Positions 12,831 through 25,969 of a stretch of DNA of 64,000 nucleotides are shown here, in pieces (within the stretch, counting starts at the first letter, position 1; the number at the start of each line of letters is the position of its first letter). The notes beneath the pieces were generated by a model. It saw only the letters and a program-made list of their open reading frames with translations. It made no database searches and was not told the DNA's origin. The translations under genes and the position numbers were made by a program. Location: assembly GCA_038087875.1 (NCBI GenBank), contig CM076001.1:250001-314000 (forward strand), written 5' to 3'. This stretch comes from Malacoraja senta. Taxonomy: Eukaryota.

Positions 12831-14019
12831 TGTGCTGGGATGAATTATTTTAAGATGTGTATGTTGTGGCAAACAGGGTTCTGTACTAAATGTGCTTGAA
12901 AGAACTGCAGATGTTGGTTTAAATCGAAGATAGACACAAAATGTTGGAGTAACTCAGTGGGACAGGGAGCATCTCTGGAGAGAAGGAATGGGTGACGTTT
13001 TGGGTCGAGACCCTTCTTCAGACTGTACAATATCAATCTGCATTTTGAAGCTGCTATCTAGCAGACACTGAATATGCTATTGCAGGCTTCCATATAGTGC
13101 AGGCATTTACTCCATTCCTGCTTGCCAGGAGGGGCTTGCTTTAGCCCAGGATGGTCTGAGTATTCACCCAATTCCAACAGCTCCTGTAGGCATTGTGTTG
13201 CCAGGCTTCCTTGGTCATTGCCAATCCCTCAGATCACTCCCATCATTGAAACACTTTCCCACTGGTTAAGGAATTTTTGCTTGATTTGTGGTATGTTGCT
13301 TTGCGAAGCCATCTGTAAACGTGGCACCAACTGTGATGCATCAGGGCAGCCATGAGAACAGGCAATATACCACTAGAGAACATTGTACCGAGTCCCAACA
13401 TGGTGTTATACTGGGGAAACTAATGGTGGTGTTGGTTCAGACCATGTGAACTTCATGGTCTTATCAAAGAAGTGGAGAAACCAATTCTAACCCCATGTCC
13501 TCAAGGAAGTTCTAACCCCATGTCCTCAAGGAAGTAGAATGGTTTTAGAATGCACCGATTATCTTCCCAGTGCCAACACCTCAAAATATGTTTTGCTGCA
13601 AGGTTGACAGGATGCCTCCTTTTAAGAGAGACGGATGTTAGGGGAGATAAAACAGCTGTCGATGGAAATAAGTTTACGACTGGAAAACGGAATAAATAAT
13701 GGACAACTTGGGATGGCTGCTCTCCGTTTGGTGAAACCTTCCTTGCTACAACTGAAGACCAGATTATTTACACAACATTTCACCAGGAGCAGTCTGACCA
13801 TATGATCATGATATTACGATCCCCAACAGAGCCGAGTCATATAAACAAGACCAGCAGTTGCTTTGTGGAACACTGCTTTATTAAAATATGATTCTGATTC
13901 AATCATATGTTCAAGAGAATTGTTTTATTACACAATCAGCAATAAACATCCCAGCACCTTCTACTGTTCCTGGCAACGGCAGATATGACGAGTCTTCAAT
14001 AGTCCTTGACATGATTCTG

Positions 14020-14228
14020 GAAATTGTGGAATTCCTTGCCAAATCACTGGATGGATTTAAGAGAGAGTTAGATAGAGCTCTAGGGGCTAGTGGAATCAAG
14101 GAATATGGGGAGAAGGCAGGCACGGGTTATTGATTGGGGACGATCAGCCATGATCACAATGAATGGCGGTTCCTGGCTCGAAGGGCCAAATGGCCTCTTC
14201 CTGCACCTATTTCCTATGTTTCTATGAT
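14020..14228 (+). mobile_element. CR1 3' end fragment
   Basis: Matches 11140-11360 and has the tttctatg tail. Confidence 0.8.
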
Positions 14229-14659
14229 TCAGCTTGAAGAAAAGTTTGATTCAGCAGATTGTGGAAACGCAACAATGATCTCATGTTCCTTCTGCTGTTT
14301 CTACAAGCTTGGTAACATCAAATATGGGCACCTTTTCTCAGCATTGTCAGTGGTGCCACTCACAGGCCAAAGCAATATTCTCCATTAGTGGCAAACATTT
14401 CACTTTGATGCACATGAACAACTTATCATCACCTGACATGTTTCCCTGTCTGTTGTCTCCATCTACTATCATCCCTCTATTCTTCAACTTTGTTTTAAAT
14501 ACCAGAATCTGAAACCCTTTGTTCTCCACTGACCACATCCCACCCCATCACCATGTTCATCTTTCTCTCCTCCTACCTGACTTATCTGTTAATCAAACCA
14601 TCCTCATCTGCATTCATCTATCGCTTGCTTTTGCCCCAACCCTCTCTATACTGACCATC

Positions 14660-15010
14660 AGGACGACAGATGGCGCAATGGGCTAAGTGTTCGGCTGGCA
14701 ACCGGAAGGTAGCCGGTTCGAATCCTGCTTGGAGTGCATACTGTCGTTGTGTCCTTGGGCAAGACACTTCACCCACCTTTGCCTGCGTGTGAATGTGTGT
14801 GTAATGTGTGTGAGTGATTGGTGGTGGTCGGAGGGGCCGTAGGCGCAGATTAGCAGCCACGCTTCCGTCAGTCTGCCCCAGGGCAGCTGTGGCTACAGAA
14901 GTAGCTCACTACCACCGAGTGTGTCTGAGGAGTGAATGAATAATGCGATGTAAAGCGCCTTGAGTATTAGAAAGGCGCTATATAAATCCAATCCATTATT
15001 ATTATTATTA
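14660..15010 (+). mobile_element. tRNA-derived CORE-type SINE with L2-like tail
   Basis: A box tggcgcaatgg, B box ggttcgaatcc, CORE-like gtgtccttgggcaagacactt, tail aaagcgccttgag..aggcgctatataaat followed by (tta)n. Confidence 0.8.
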
Positions 15011-16777
15011 TCTCCCCTCTATGCTCAGTCCAGCTGAAGGGTCTGCACGAAAATAATGTAAATTGTCCATTTCCCCACGCACATATTCTGCCTGATCGTT
15101 CCTCCTGCAACTCCTGTTTTTTTAGCTGCAGAGCCCAGAATCTGCAGTCTTGTTTCCAAATCTGACATGTCCTTCTTGTCCCATGAAAAATCACCATAGC
15201 AAACACTTTAATTACAATCGTTAACACCCTGAAACACCATTGGTTTGTAAAATGGTTTCTTAAAGTGTAGATGCACATATTAAAATGCTAATGATGTAGA
15301 ATGCTTGATATTACTATTCTAAAATGGTTAGAAAGTTCTTGCTGACTTTCACAATGCTGGAGTAACTCAGTGGGACAGGCAGCATCTCTGGAAAGAAGGA
15401 ATGGATGGTGTTTCTGGACGAGACCAGAGATGCTGCCTGCCCCACTGAGTTACTCCAGCATTTTGTGTCTATCTTCGGTTTAAATCAGCATCTGCAGTTC
15501 CTTCCTACACTTGCTGTCTTTCACATTATACTACAACCACCAATGTTTGCATTCTCATTAAATATACAGTACAAGGGACAATGGGGCAACCAAAGCACAC
15601 AATAACAAGTTTCCATTCTACAGACTGGAGCCCTGTTTCAAGCCAGGGGAAATGTCAGAGTATTGAAGAGTCACCATGCTATCACTGATGACACAATGCA
15701 TTGTTTTTCTGCAAAATTGTGAGATTGGTACACTTTATCAGGGGAAAACAGCATTTAATTCATTTTCTTTAATCCAATTTCAAAACTGTGTACATTGCAA
15801 AATGATAGCGGACAAAAAGCAGTAATAAGAAATCTATTATTAATGTTTATAAAGAATTTGTGCTGCAATAGCATATTAGAATTCATACCATTTTTACTGA
15901 CAGCAGAATTTCTATTTCATAAATTCTCCAATTCCTTTCTCTTTCACAATGCCAGGTTTATACTTCAATGGCTATTGAGGTTTACTTTTGCCTATGAATT
16001 ATATCCACTTTCTCTCATTAGGCTTTGGCATGTGACTTATACTGTTTAGAAGTTTCCATCACATCATATTGATTTTCATTTTTGGCTCCTTCAGCACCAC
16101 ATACAGTACAAGTGATTTTAACCACCCCCTCCAGCATTGATTTCAACATGCAGGGGTCACTTTGTGAGGAATGGATTTAGTTTACAGTTCTTACAATTAA
16201 GTCACAATTATCCACAGATTCAAAATACTATTTTCACTGATGGTGGAATTCCAATTTCATAGCTTCTCCCATTTCTTTCTCTTTCACAATGTTGAGATTT
16301 TAGTGCCTCAAGTAACAATCTACTGTTGTGTTATTGTTCATTTTCATACTTGAACATTGACCACACACAAAGTAAAACACAAAGTGCTGCAGTAATGCAA
16401 AGGGTCAGACAGCATCTGTGGACAGAATAGATAGGTGGCATTTCGGGTCGGGATCCTTCTTCTGACTCCAGCACTTCATGTTTTGCTCAACATTGCAACA
16501 TTTGCAGGTCCTTGTGGTCTCCACACACAGACTAAAGTTACTTTAAATTAAGTCGCATATAGGGCATATAAATTGAAACATGAAACACCGAGTGAACAAA
16601 TTGAAGCAACTTTGAAGAACAACTCTGGATGATGAAATGTTAGTGTCTTTACAGCAACATGGACCATTGGAACCTTTCAGAGATCTCTTTCTAATCTTAG
16701 TAAATCAATTACAGAGTGAATAGAATTTAATGGAGGTAGAAACAGCAAAGGTATAAAGGTCTTTCATCGGCGAGTTA

Positions 16778-17402
16778 AGCCCCTGTCCCACTTAGGCAAT
16801 TTTTTCAGAGACTACAGGCGACTAGGCTGTCACCAGATGGTCGCGAGATGATGCCTGTATGGTCGTGAGTAGTCTCCTCAAGTCGCCTAAAGTGTTGTAA
16901 TGTTTTTCTGGTTGCCGCTGGTTTTTGACATGTTCAGAACTTTTCGGCGACTGTGGGCTTGATGTAGCTTGTCTTCTGTCGTAGGTGCTGTCGTAGGTTG
17001 TCGCCAGGATGACACATGTTGTCGCCAGGTGATGTTGGTTGTCGCCGGGTGCTGACTTCGTTGAATTCCATTGGCGACTACCTACGTCAACCAGCGACAG
17101 GTACCGGCGACTGAATTGTCTTCAGTTGTCTTTAGGGTCGTCGCTTGTCTTAGCTTGTCGCAGGTGGACGTAGGTTGACTTTGGTTTTCGTAGGTTGTCC
17201 CTGTGTGGTCGTAGGTTGTCGTAGGTGGACGTCCTAATGGCTCGCCGTTTGTCGGTAACTTGAAGTTGATTAGGTGGCAGGTTGTCGTAGACATTGTCGT
17301 GGTGGGGGGGGCGGGTCCATTCGACGCTTTTTCGGCGACCTGCCATGACTGTGACAGTCGCCGACAGTCGCCGAAAAAAATCGCCTACGTGGGACAGGCC
17401 CT
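16778..17402. mobile_element. PIF/Harbinger-like MITE just downstream of the PTS stop codon
   Basis: TIRs agcccctgtcccacttaggcaatttttt / aaaaaaatcgcctacgtgggacaggccct, flanked by TTA on both sides. Internal gtcgtaggtt/gtcgccagg motif repeats. Confidence 0.8.
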
Positions 17403-17468
17403 TTATGTTCTGAGTCAACTACAGCTCAGTATGAGCAACAACACTACAGAAACTCAACAGGATTTTTT

Positions 17469-17592
17469 TCATTCCCCTTGGTAAACAACAATATTCTTAT
17501 CAGTTTCATATACCTTTACTTCATAGAGTAGTTTCCGTGGGAGGCGAGTCTGTAGGTTTTCCCAGATGTAGATTGCTACATTTTCAGCGGTA
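17469..17592 (-). CDS. PTS: PTS terminal coding exon 6 (124 nt), [40 protein letters not shown]
   Basis: ctgtttag acceptor, T.EN.A.YIW and VYETD.N motifs, TGA at 17471-17469. The six exons sum to 450 nt in frame. Confidence 0.97.
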
Positions 17593-18501
17593 CTAAACAG
17601 AAACATATCAGTTATACGTCGTTCTGAAGTTATTCCAGCTGCACTATAATAGTTCACTCACATCACTGCCACACCTTTAGCACAAAGTAGGAGTGGTGCA
17701 ATATCTGAACTCTTTACACACAGCTTGTAAATACATTATAATATTGCGCCACATTGCAAATAAAGTCAAAATAAGAGTAGCTTTGCCAATATATTTCTGG
17801 AAAGTAAAAAAGTTGTCAGATTAAAGTACAATTTAAAAAAAAAGGTACAAATAGAAAATATTTGCTTGAGAAGGATAAAAACATGTATGCTCATTCACTT
17901 TGATACTGGGGTAGCATCTAATGCAAGATAAACATGGAATCTGCTCATAGCTCAAGTCCGAGAAGGAAGCAATACACACAGATCAAAGCTAACTGTGCCC
18001 TGTAACAACAGTCTAAAAATTAAAGCCCACATTATAATGTTACTGCACATCACATGCCAGAATTAGAGGAGCCTGAAAATCATGACCACCGTGTTCAAGA
18101 ACAGCTTGTTCCCACCAATAATCGGGTTCTTGAACCCTACACAACATTAACCACTACCTCAGCAACTATAATCTTCTGCTAACTGGGTCATTAGTTACAT
18201 AACAGACTTTAGTTTTGAACCATTATGGTTATTAATATATTGTATTGTTGATTATTATATAATTATTCATATGTTATCGCATTATTGGGCCTGTTCAGCT
18301 ATGAAGCTAAAATTAAGAATTTATTGTCAGTACAGATGACAATTAAAAACTCTCAAAGTAAATTTAGCTTCTGGGTTGCAAATAGGAGTTTTTTTGGCAG
18401 TGTAATAATATTAATGGTTCAATGGTTCTTTTTATTATCATGTGTACCAAGATACAGTGAAATTATTTTTTTGCCAACAGATCAGTAAGACTATTGTCAT
18501 A

Positions 18502-18817
18502 CAGGTCCACCACCGAGAGCGAACTTGAAATTTTCCCAGGAAGTCCCACCGAAAATATGGCACCTAGGCTGGGTGAGGCGGCCGATCTCGTCGGGACTTC
18601 CATGCCGATCGGCGGATCGAATTTGCCCACTGCGGCCAGGGCTCTGGAAAGCCGGTCTGGCCAGAGCCGGCAGATCTGCTCCCATTGTTGACTTCCGTGG
18701 CAGACTTCGCAGGCCAGTATCTTGGACCCCAAAACGATGACCTCTGTTAGTCCGGCAAAAGGGATAATACAGCAAGGTTCTGGAACCAAGGATGCCGGAA
18801 AATCGGTGGAAGACCTG
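18502..18817. mobile_element. Tc1/pogo-type MITE
   Basis: TA|caggtccaccaccga ... tcggtggaagacctg|TA. Confidence 0.7.
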
Positions 18818-18819
18818 TA

Positions 18820-19830
18820 CGTGACTGGACCACCACAATATAGCCGGCTACAGAACTGTGTCTCGGACACGGTAGTGAGCAACACAGAGTCCCCACAGGA
18901 GACGGTCCTCTCTCACTTCCTGTTTACCATCTACACCTATAACTCCGTCTCTTGCCACCTGCAGAAGATTTCAGATGACTCTGCAATTGTGGGCTGCATC
19001 AGTGAGGGGAGGGAAGCTGAATACAGAGGTGTAGTCCACGACTTTGTTGAGTAGTGTGGGCTGAATCATCTGCAGCTCAACACCGGCAAGACTAAGGAGT
19101 TGGTAGTGGACTTTAGGAGGAGAGGAACACCCCTGTCTCCTGTCTCCATCAATGGTGTGGATTTGCAGTTTACCAGGGAGTACAAATACCTTGGAGTGTA
19201 CCTGGACAGTAAACTGGACTGGTCCAGGAACGCCGAGGCCCTGTACAAGAAGGGACAGAGCTGGCTGTACTTTTTGAGAAGGCTCCGCTCCTTCAACATC
19301 TGCAGTAAGATACTGCAGATGTTCTACCAATCGGTGGTGGACAGTGCCATCTTCTTTGTTGTTGTGTGCTGGGGCAGCAGGGCGAAGGCCGCGGATGCCA
19401 ATAGGATCAACAAACTCATCAGGAAGTCTGGCTCCGTCCTGGGAGTGGAGTTGGATTCATGGGAGGTGGTCTTGGAGGGGAGGATGCTCCTCAAACTGCG
19501 GAGCATCCTGGACAATACAGCTCACCCCCTCCATTACACACTGGTCAACCTGAGGAGCACCTTCAGCTACAGACTGGTTCCACCAAGATGCAGGACAGAA
19601 CACTACAGGAGATCCTTCTTCCCTGTGGCTATCAAACTGTACAACTCCTCCCCCTTCTGTCGTGGAGTAGACTGAGACTGATTTTCCTCACCCATACCCC
19701 AACTGCCCAATCATTGCACATCCCCCAATCCTTTCCACTTATCACTTTCATTTCATGTTTCATGTATTTTGTGTGATTTTATGAACGTTGGCTGATCATT
19801 TTCCCTCCTGGGATAAATAAAGTTATATCA
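18820..19830 (+). mobile_element. 5'-truncated Rex1/Babar-type LINE
   Basis: SDDSAIVG, TKELVVDFRR, YKYLGV and LYFLRRLRSF motifs, with an aataaagtt 3' end. Confidence 0.85.
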
Positions 19831-20079
19831 TATAACTATAATCCACAATTAAATATAGAATCTATAGAAAGCCCACTGAGAACATATGCCAGAGTCGCAG
19901 ATCAGGATGAGTATTTGAACCAAAGTGTGTGCATACAACCATATTTGTGTAGATGGGCAAACCATTTGGAAAATAGGATGAAGTTAGCCAAGATGCTAGA
20001 CATTGCATATTTCATTATCACACAGGCCATTTGGCCCCAATCGTTAATTCCAGCTCAGAGTAATTCCATTCCCCAACAT

Positions 20080-21439
20080 CAGGCACGTGCCGTGAGTAAT
20101 TACTCAGGGTAGGCAGTCAGTCGGCTTAAAAAAAAAAAACTTAAACCGCGCATGCGCAGATTGTTCTCTCCGTAAAAATAAAAAATAAAAATAAAGACAG
20201 TAACAATTCAATTTGCCCAAGGCTTCCAAGTCTCCTTGATTCTAAATTACTGAATGGGTGGGGGGTGAAGGGTGATGGCAGGTGGAGAGATGGTGGGAAA
20301 AACTGGAGCACACCAGGACAAGTTGAATCCGTTGTCATCTTATTGAATGACAATACTAGTTCAAGTGACCAATTGGGGGGAGAGTTCCTTTCACAGCGTG
20401 TGGAGAGTCTGACCAGGGGTCATGTTGTGGGGAGGGCAGGAGTGTTGAGAAGGAGGGGGTCAGGGATAATGCCAGTAACTCACTCACTGCTGCCGCGGCG
20501 CTCTGGACGCGGAACCACCGCATTGTGGCTGTGGAGGGAAGCACCTCGGGTGGCTGCGAGCGGCCGCCTGGACCCGACAGCAGAACTGGCTGCCACCTAA
20601 GCGCCTTCAGCCGCTTCCCGCAAATCCTTAAATTCCCATAGCCGAGTAACCTCAATCACGCTGTCGGAAATTAAGGATTTGCGAGAAGTGGCTGACATGA
20701 GTGAGGCCAGCGAGCGGCAGGAGAGAGGTTTTCAGACGGAGAGATGACAGAGGTGAGCGGGCCGGCAGAAGGAGCTGAGGTGGCAGCCAGTTCCGCTGTC
20801 GGGTCCCTGCGGCCGCTCGCAGCCATCCGAGCTGCTTCCCTCCCTGGCCACAATGCGGTGGCTTTGCGCCCGGAGCGTCGCAAGTGGGTTACTGGCATGA
20901 TCCCGATCCCCTCCTTCACAACGCCCCTGCCCTCCCCACAACTTTACCCCGGGCCAGACTCCCCAAATGCTGTGAAAGGAACTCTCCCATTCCGGGCCCC
21001 ACCCTGGGAAATGTGGTATTTAACAACATATAGCACCAAGAAATGTACTTACCACATTATCGGTACACGAACTCCATTCTTCTCTCTTTGTTTCTTAAAA
21101 TACGCTTAAGATAATGGCAATCCATATTTGAAAAACCCGCCAACAAACTAGCGCTGCGCATGCGCAGTAGGCGGCAAAGGCAGAATTTCAGCTGCCTTCA
21201 GCTCTCCCCGTCATTGACAGCTTCAAGCAGCGCTGACGGCACATGGGCTGCACAGACCTTCACGTGTTGCAAGTGCTGCGGATGAAAGGCACGGAGATTT
21301 ATGCCTACCTAAGAGATCGATCTCTTATATAGGCATAATTCTCCCATGCCTTTACTATTTATATTTGGTAATTACCATGTTATAATTTTAGTCAGGGTAG
21401 GCAGTGCCTACCTTGCCAAACCCTGACGGCACGTGCCTG
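20080..21439. mobile_element. Non-autonomous hAT element with an internal palindrome
   Basis: Perfect 14-bp TIRs caggcacgtgccgt / acggcacgtgcctg and an 8-bp TSD cccaacat at 20072-20079 and 21440-21447. Confidence 0.92.
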
Positions 21440-21859
21440 CCCAACATATCTCTCAAAGCATATCAGAAAGCCACTTGAAATGGACTACAGTGGACTTCGT
21501 CATCATCATCGTTTTGTACAGAAGAAATTGTGACACGACTTCTGATTTCATCAACTAACTTGCTGAATCAATTGTAAATTACTTCCTTGTAATCCATTAT
21601 TTTTCTGCTTTACTTTGATTGATGGACATGTAACCGATACGTAATCATCAGAGTTAACTTTAGCTGCCTGTACAGATAAGTAGATATCATAGTTACAGTA
21701 ACTCTGGTTGCCTGGGAGATGTTGAGCAGGCTAGAATGCTATTCCTTGGATCTTATAAAGGTCTATAAAATCATAACAATAGATCGGGTAGATGCACAGA
21801 GTCTCTTGCCCAGAGTAGATTAATTGAGGACCAGAGGTCTTAGAAGAAGGAACCAGAAG

Positions 21860-22169
21860 TTTAGTTGTTCAGAAATACAGCGCGGAAACAGGACCTTCGG
21901 CCCACCGGGTCCGCGCCGACCTGCGATCCCCGCACATTAACACTATCCTACACCCACTAAGGACAATTTTTACATTTACCAAGCCAATTAACCTACAAAC
22001 CTGTACGTCTTTGGAGTGTGGGAGAAAACCGAAAATCTCGGAGTAAACCCACGCAGGTCACGAGGAGAACGTACAAACTCCATACAGACAGCATCGATAG
22101 TCGGGATCGAACCCGGGTCTCCGGCGCTGCATTCGCTGTAAGGCAGCAACTCTACCGCTGCGCCACCCT
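21860..22169 (-). mobile_element. V-SINE (HE1-like) inserted in a CR1 3' fragment (about 21690-22445)
   Basis: tRNA-like head with B box ggttcgatccc, V-domain ggttttctcccacactccaaagac, CR1-like tail. Confidence 0.82.
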
Positions 22170-23013
22170 GTTTAAGGTGCAGGGAAAAAGATTTAATAGG
22201 AACCCGAGAGATCACTTTTTCACACAAAGGGTGGCGGGTGTATGGAATAAGCTGCCAGAGGAGGTCGTTGAGGCAGGGACAATTCCAACGTTTAAGAAAT
22301 AGTTAGACAAGTACATGGATAGGACAGGTTTGGAGGGATGTGGGCGGAACGTGGGTAGCTGGGACTAGTGTAGCTGGGACATGTTGGCCGGTGTGGGCAG
22401 GTTGGGTCGAAGGGCCTGTTTCAACACTGTATCACTCTAGGACTGGAATTACAATGTGTATATTACCTGGTATTAACAAGCCCTGTATAATTATTCCTCA
22501 TCAATTTTCTACTTTCAAAAAAACAAATTCCGGAGGATCTCAATGGGTCAGGCAGCATTTGTGGAGGGAAGAAAGATCATTTTTTTGGTCAGGACATTTC
22601 TACAGACTGATTGGTGTAGGGGGAGGAAAGGTGGAAAAGGGAGGTGGGGGGTGGACAAAGCCTGGCAAGTGATAGGTGGATATAGGCGAGGGGAGGGAAG
22701 GAATGAATGGCAGATGGGTGGAGTAAGTGACAAAGGCTAGAGGTTAAAGGAGACAAAAGGATGCCAGATAAGGAGAGAAGAGGAGTGAAGTGTAAAGTCA
22801 GAGGAAGGGATATCGGTGAAAGAGAATAGGGAAAATGATGGGTCTCGACCCGATACATCACCTATTCATTTTCTCCAGAGATGCTGTCTGACCCGGTGAA
22901 TTACTCCAGCTTTTTGTGTCTATTTTAGGAATAAAATGAAAATGGAGTGGAAGGTGGGAACTGAGTGCACGAGGAGAAAGGAGCAGGGCAACTGAGGGGG
23001 AAGACCCACCTAC

Positions 23014-23084
23014 CTAACATTATTAGCAAAGTATGGAACATCCTTATCCAGGTTCTTGTGGTCCAGTTGCTTCATAATGACTTC
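23014..23084 (-). CDS. PTS: PTS exon 5 (71 nt), EVIMKQLDHKNLDKDVPYFANNV(S)
   Basis: taccag acceptor, AG|gtaggt donor, LDHKNLD.DVPYF motif with the Asp-His catalytic-triad residues. Confidence 0.97.
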
Positions 23085-23241
23085 CTGGTAAAGAAAAATC
23101 AGAAAGGATTTGGTGTCAATATTGAACAAATATCATTTAATCTCATACAGGGTTATACACAGCAGCCATGCCAGGCTAAATCAGAACATTAGACATCATT
23201 TACAAATGACCTCCATCATCCTTCCTCAATGTGATCATTAC

Positions 23242-23298
23242 CTGCACGTGTTCCTTCAGTTCTGTGATATTCATCACCATCCCAGTGACTGGATTGAC
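23242..23298 (-). CDS. PTS: PTS exon 4 (57 nt), VNPVTGMVMNITELKEHVQ
   Basis: ttcag acceptor, CAG|gtaatg donor, TGMVMN motif. Confidence 0.96.
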
Positions 23299-23439
23299 CT
23301 GAATGGAAGGGAAGTTAGATTTACCATTCTTCACTCATGAACCATAGAAAGACTAGATAGAGACACTGACCCAAAGGCATCAACTTGAAATGTTAATATC
23401 GCCGAAAAATCACTAAATTTGGAAATCTGAAATATAAAG

Positions 23440-23735
23440 GGTCTGCGGTAGAGTTGCTGTCTTACAGCGCTTGCAGCACCAGAGACTCGGGTTCGATCCC
23501 GACTACAGGTGCTGTCTGTACGGAGTTTGTACGTTCTCCCTGTGACCACGTGGGTTTTCTCCGAGATCTTCGGTTTCTTCCCACTCCAAAGACGTACAGG
23601 CATGTAGGTTAATTGGCTTGGTGTATGTGTAAATTGTCCCTGGTGTGTGTAGGATGGTGTTAATGTGGGGGTTCTCTGGCCTGTGCAGACTCGGTGGGCC
23701 AAAGGGCCTGTTTCCGCGCTGTATCTTGAAACTAA
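23440..23735 (+). mobile_element. V-SINE (HE1-like)
   Basis: Same family as 21860-22169. Confidence 0.8.
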
Positions 23736-25946
23736 AAAAAAAAAAAAAAATGCTGGAAAGACTCAACGGGTCAGGCTGCATCTGTAGAAAAAGGAACAGG
23801 TAATATTCCATGTTGAAGACCCTTTGACAGATCTGAATAATGTTATTACTTATTCGGCTAATTTCCAAGATACTCTCACTTTACTATGCCTGTCACTAAC
23901 TATTTTCTTCCTGGATCTCTGTCTCTACCTCAGGTGATGGGAGATCACAAACATGCATTGCAAGCCTACAGGCTAGTTCAATATCTTAGCTGTTCATTCC
24001 AGTGTAACAAATCCATTCTCCCACTTCCTCCATTTCCATCACATTTGATGAGACTTTCCTCAAAGATGTGTCCGTACGTCTTCCTTCGTCCTGAACAAAG
24101 TCCTTCGGCTGCAACTCATCCATAACCCGCAATCTGCTCTCAACATGACACAGCAACAATAACGTTACCCTGACCCCATCTACCACCTCACCAGCCTCTA
24201 CATTCAACCACTGAACCATTCTATCAACAACGATCTTCTATCTACCTCTTCGGAGACCCTCGAATCAGACTTCACCGTGCACTAAACGTTATTCCATTCA
24301 GCCTGTATCTACACACTGTGGAGGGCTCGATTGTAATCATGTATTGTTTTTCTGCTGACTGGTTAGCACGCAACAAAAGATTTTCACTGTACCTCGGTAC
24401 ACACGACGATAAACTAACCTAAATTATCCTTCATGTTTGCAACGTAGTGAAGGGTCTTCGACCTGAAACAATAACACTGATTCTTCCTCCACAGATGTTG
24501 CCTGATCTGCTGACTATTCACACCCTGCAAAATTGTAGATACTGATTTACACTATTTTCTTTTAACTAGTTATTTTCCATTAGACTGTCTTCTGTCTCAA
24601 TCTAGACTCAGTCTGAAGAAGGATCTCGACCCGAAACGTCGCCTATTCCCTCTCTCCATAGATGCTGAGTTTCTCCAGCATTTTTTGTCTACGATTTTCC
24701 ATTAGACAATCATTTGTCCATAAATTACTGATTGACAATCGAAGAACTTTTCACAAGAAGAAAATTCCAGCTAATGTCACTTAGTTCCAAAAATTGGGAA
24801 ATAATTGTTTAAAAATTGTCAAAATAGCTTAGTTGGCCTCAGGTTGTTCATTTTGTTTGGACCTTTACTGGGAGATTTTAATCATATGAAGTTTTGAGTC
24901 AAATGCAAGTGTTTAACGTAAGGTAACAAGCAATGAGACTACACAAATGACTACCCACCAATCAGCAGATTTTGTGTAGTATGGATTAGGTAAACGAGTC
25001 ATGTTGTGACTAAGCCTCACTAACTGTGGGGCTTTCTGTTTCCTGCAGGCTGCTCACTCACCTGCAATCTACTGCCACAGCTTCTTCCCTTTCCCTACCT
25101 CATGTCCCAGTCTAGGGGAGAGGCGAGATCATCGTCACTAAGTTACAACCGTGGCTCTGCATCCACACCTTCGAGTTCACTAACTGAGCTGGTTCACTCC
25201 ACAACCTGCACTTCATATCCTGCATGCATATACTGACAAACAGACTTGCAGCCCCAGATTTCCAGGGGTCTCATTTAACTCCAGTGACCCATGGACAACT
25301 TGGGAAGATTGGTAACTCGAGGTTAGCCATTTCTACAGGTTGAGACTTTTCATGCAGGTGGGTCTGACATGTCTTCCTGTAAATAGACACATAAAGCAGT
25401 AGTAACTCAGAGGGTCAGGCAGCATCCCTGGTGACGTTTTGGGTTGAGACCCTTCTTCGGCCATCTGCTGTACCTTGCTGCATGTCTTCCAGAACCTTGG
25501 CTTTGCTGCACCAAAGTTACCCAAGATCTTGTCTCTTCTATATACCACAAAGGTCCAACATTCCCTCTCCACCTTTCAGCTCACAGCCTCCGCACTGAGT
25601 GGATCATCTTCTGCAAGTTCCAACTCCTAACAAAGGGTATTCAACCTGGAACATTAACTGTGATTCTAAGCCACAAATTAAAATAATCCTGTTGGAACAT
25701 TTACAGCTAATAAACTGCTGCTTTGTTATATTAATTGAAATCCAACAGATCAAAGGCTGTCAAATGGCAGGTAATTCATGGAGTATTCTTGTGCTAAATA
25801 ATGAATGACAGCCAGGCAGTCTTTATTCTTATTGCTTTTCTCTGAAGCCAGGTCAATCACTAGTGCAAGTTACTGAACTTTTGACACTCAAACAGTTTGA
25901 AATAGTCCTTGCGTTATATTGAGTTGCCAGCATCTTCACTACTTAC

Positions 25947-25969
25947 CTCACCACATACTGTAACTTCCA
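25947..25969 (-). CDS. PTS: PTS exon 3, 23-nt micro-exon, (V)EVTVCGE
   Basis: ttttacag|TGGAAGTTACAGTATGTGGTGAG|gtaagt. Restores the frame between exons 2 and 4 and resembles human VVTVHGE. Confidence 0.92.

Noticed and set aside
13878..13883. AATAAA on the minus strand as the PTS poly(A) signal
   Set aside because: It is 3.6 kb from the stop codon and the hexamer is common in AT-rich DNA, so it cannot be assigned without transcript data.
14660..14735. tRNA gene
   Set aside because: The A and B boxes are the head of a SINE that continues into CORE and tail sequence. The same applies to the V-SINE heads.
16960..17300. Short repeated gtcgtaggtt/gtcgccagg motifs as a CRISPR-like array
   Set aside because: Spacing is irregular, there are no unique spacers or cas genes, and they lie inside a eukaryotic MITE.
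17593..17657. N-terminal part of the 62-aa ORF (MNYYSAAG...)
   Set aside because: It is intronic read-through upstream of the exon 6 acceptor at 17593-17594.
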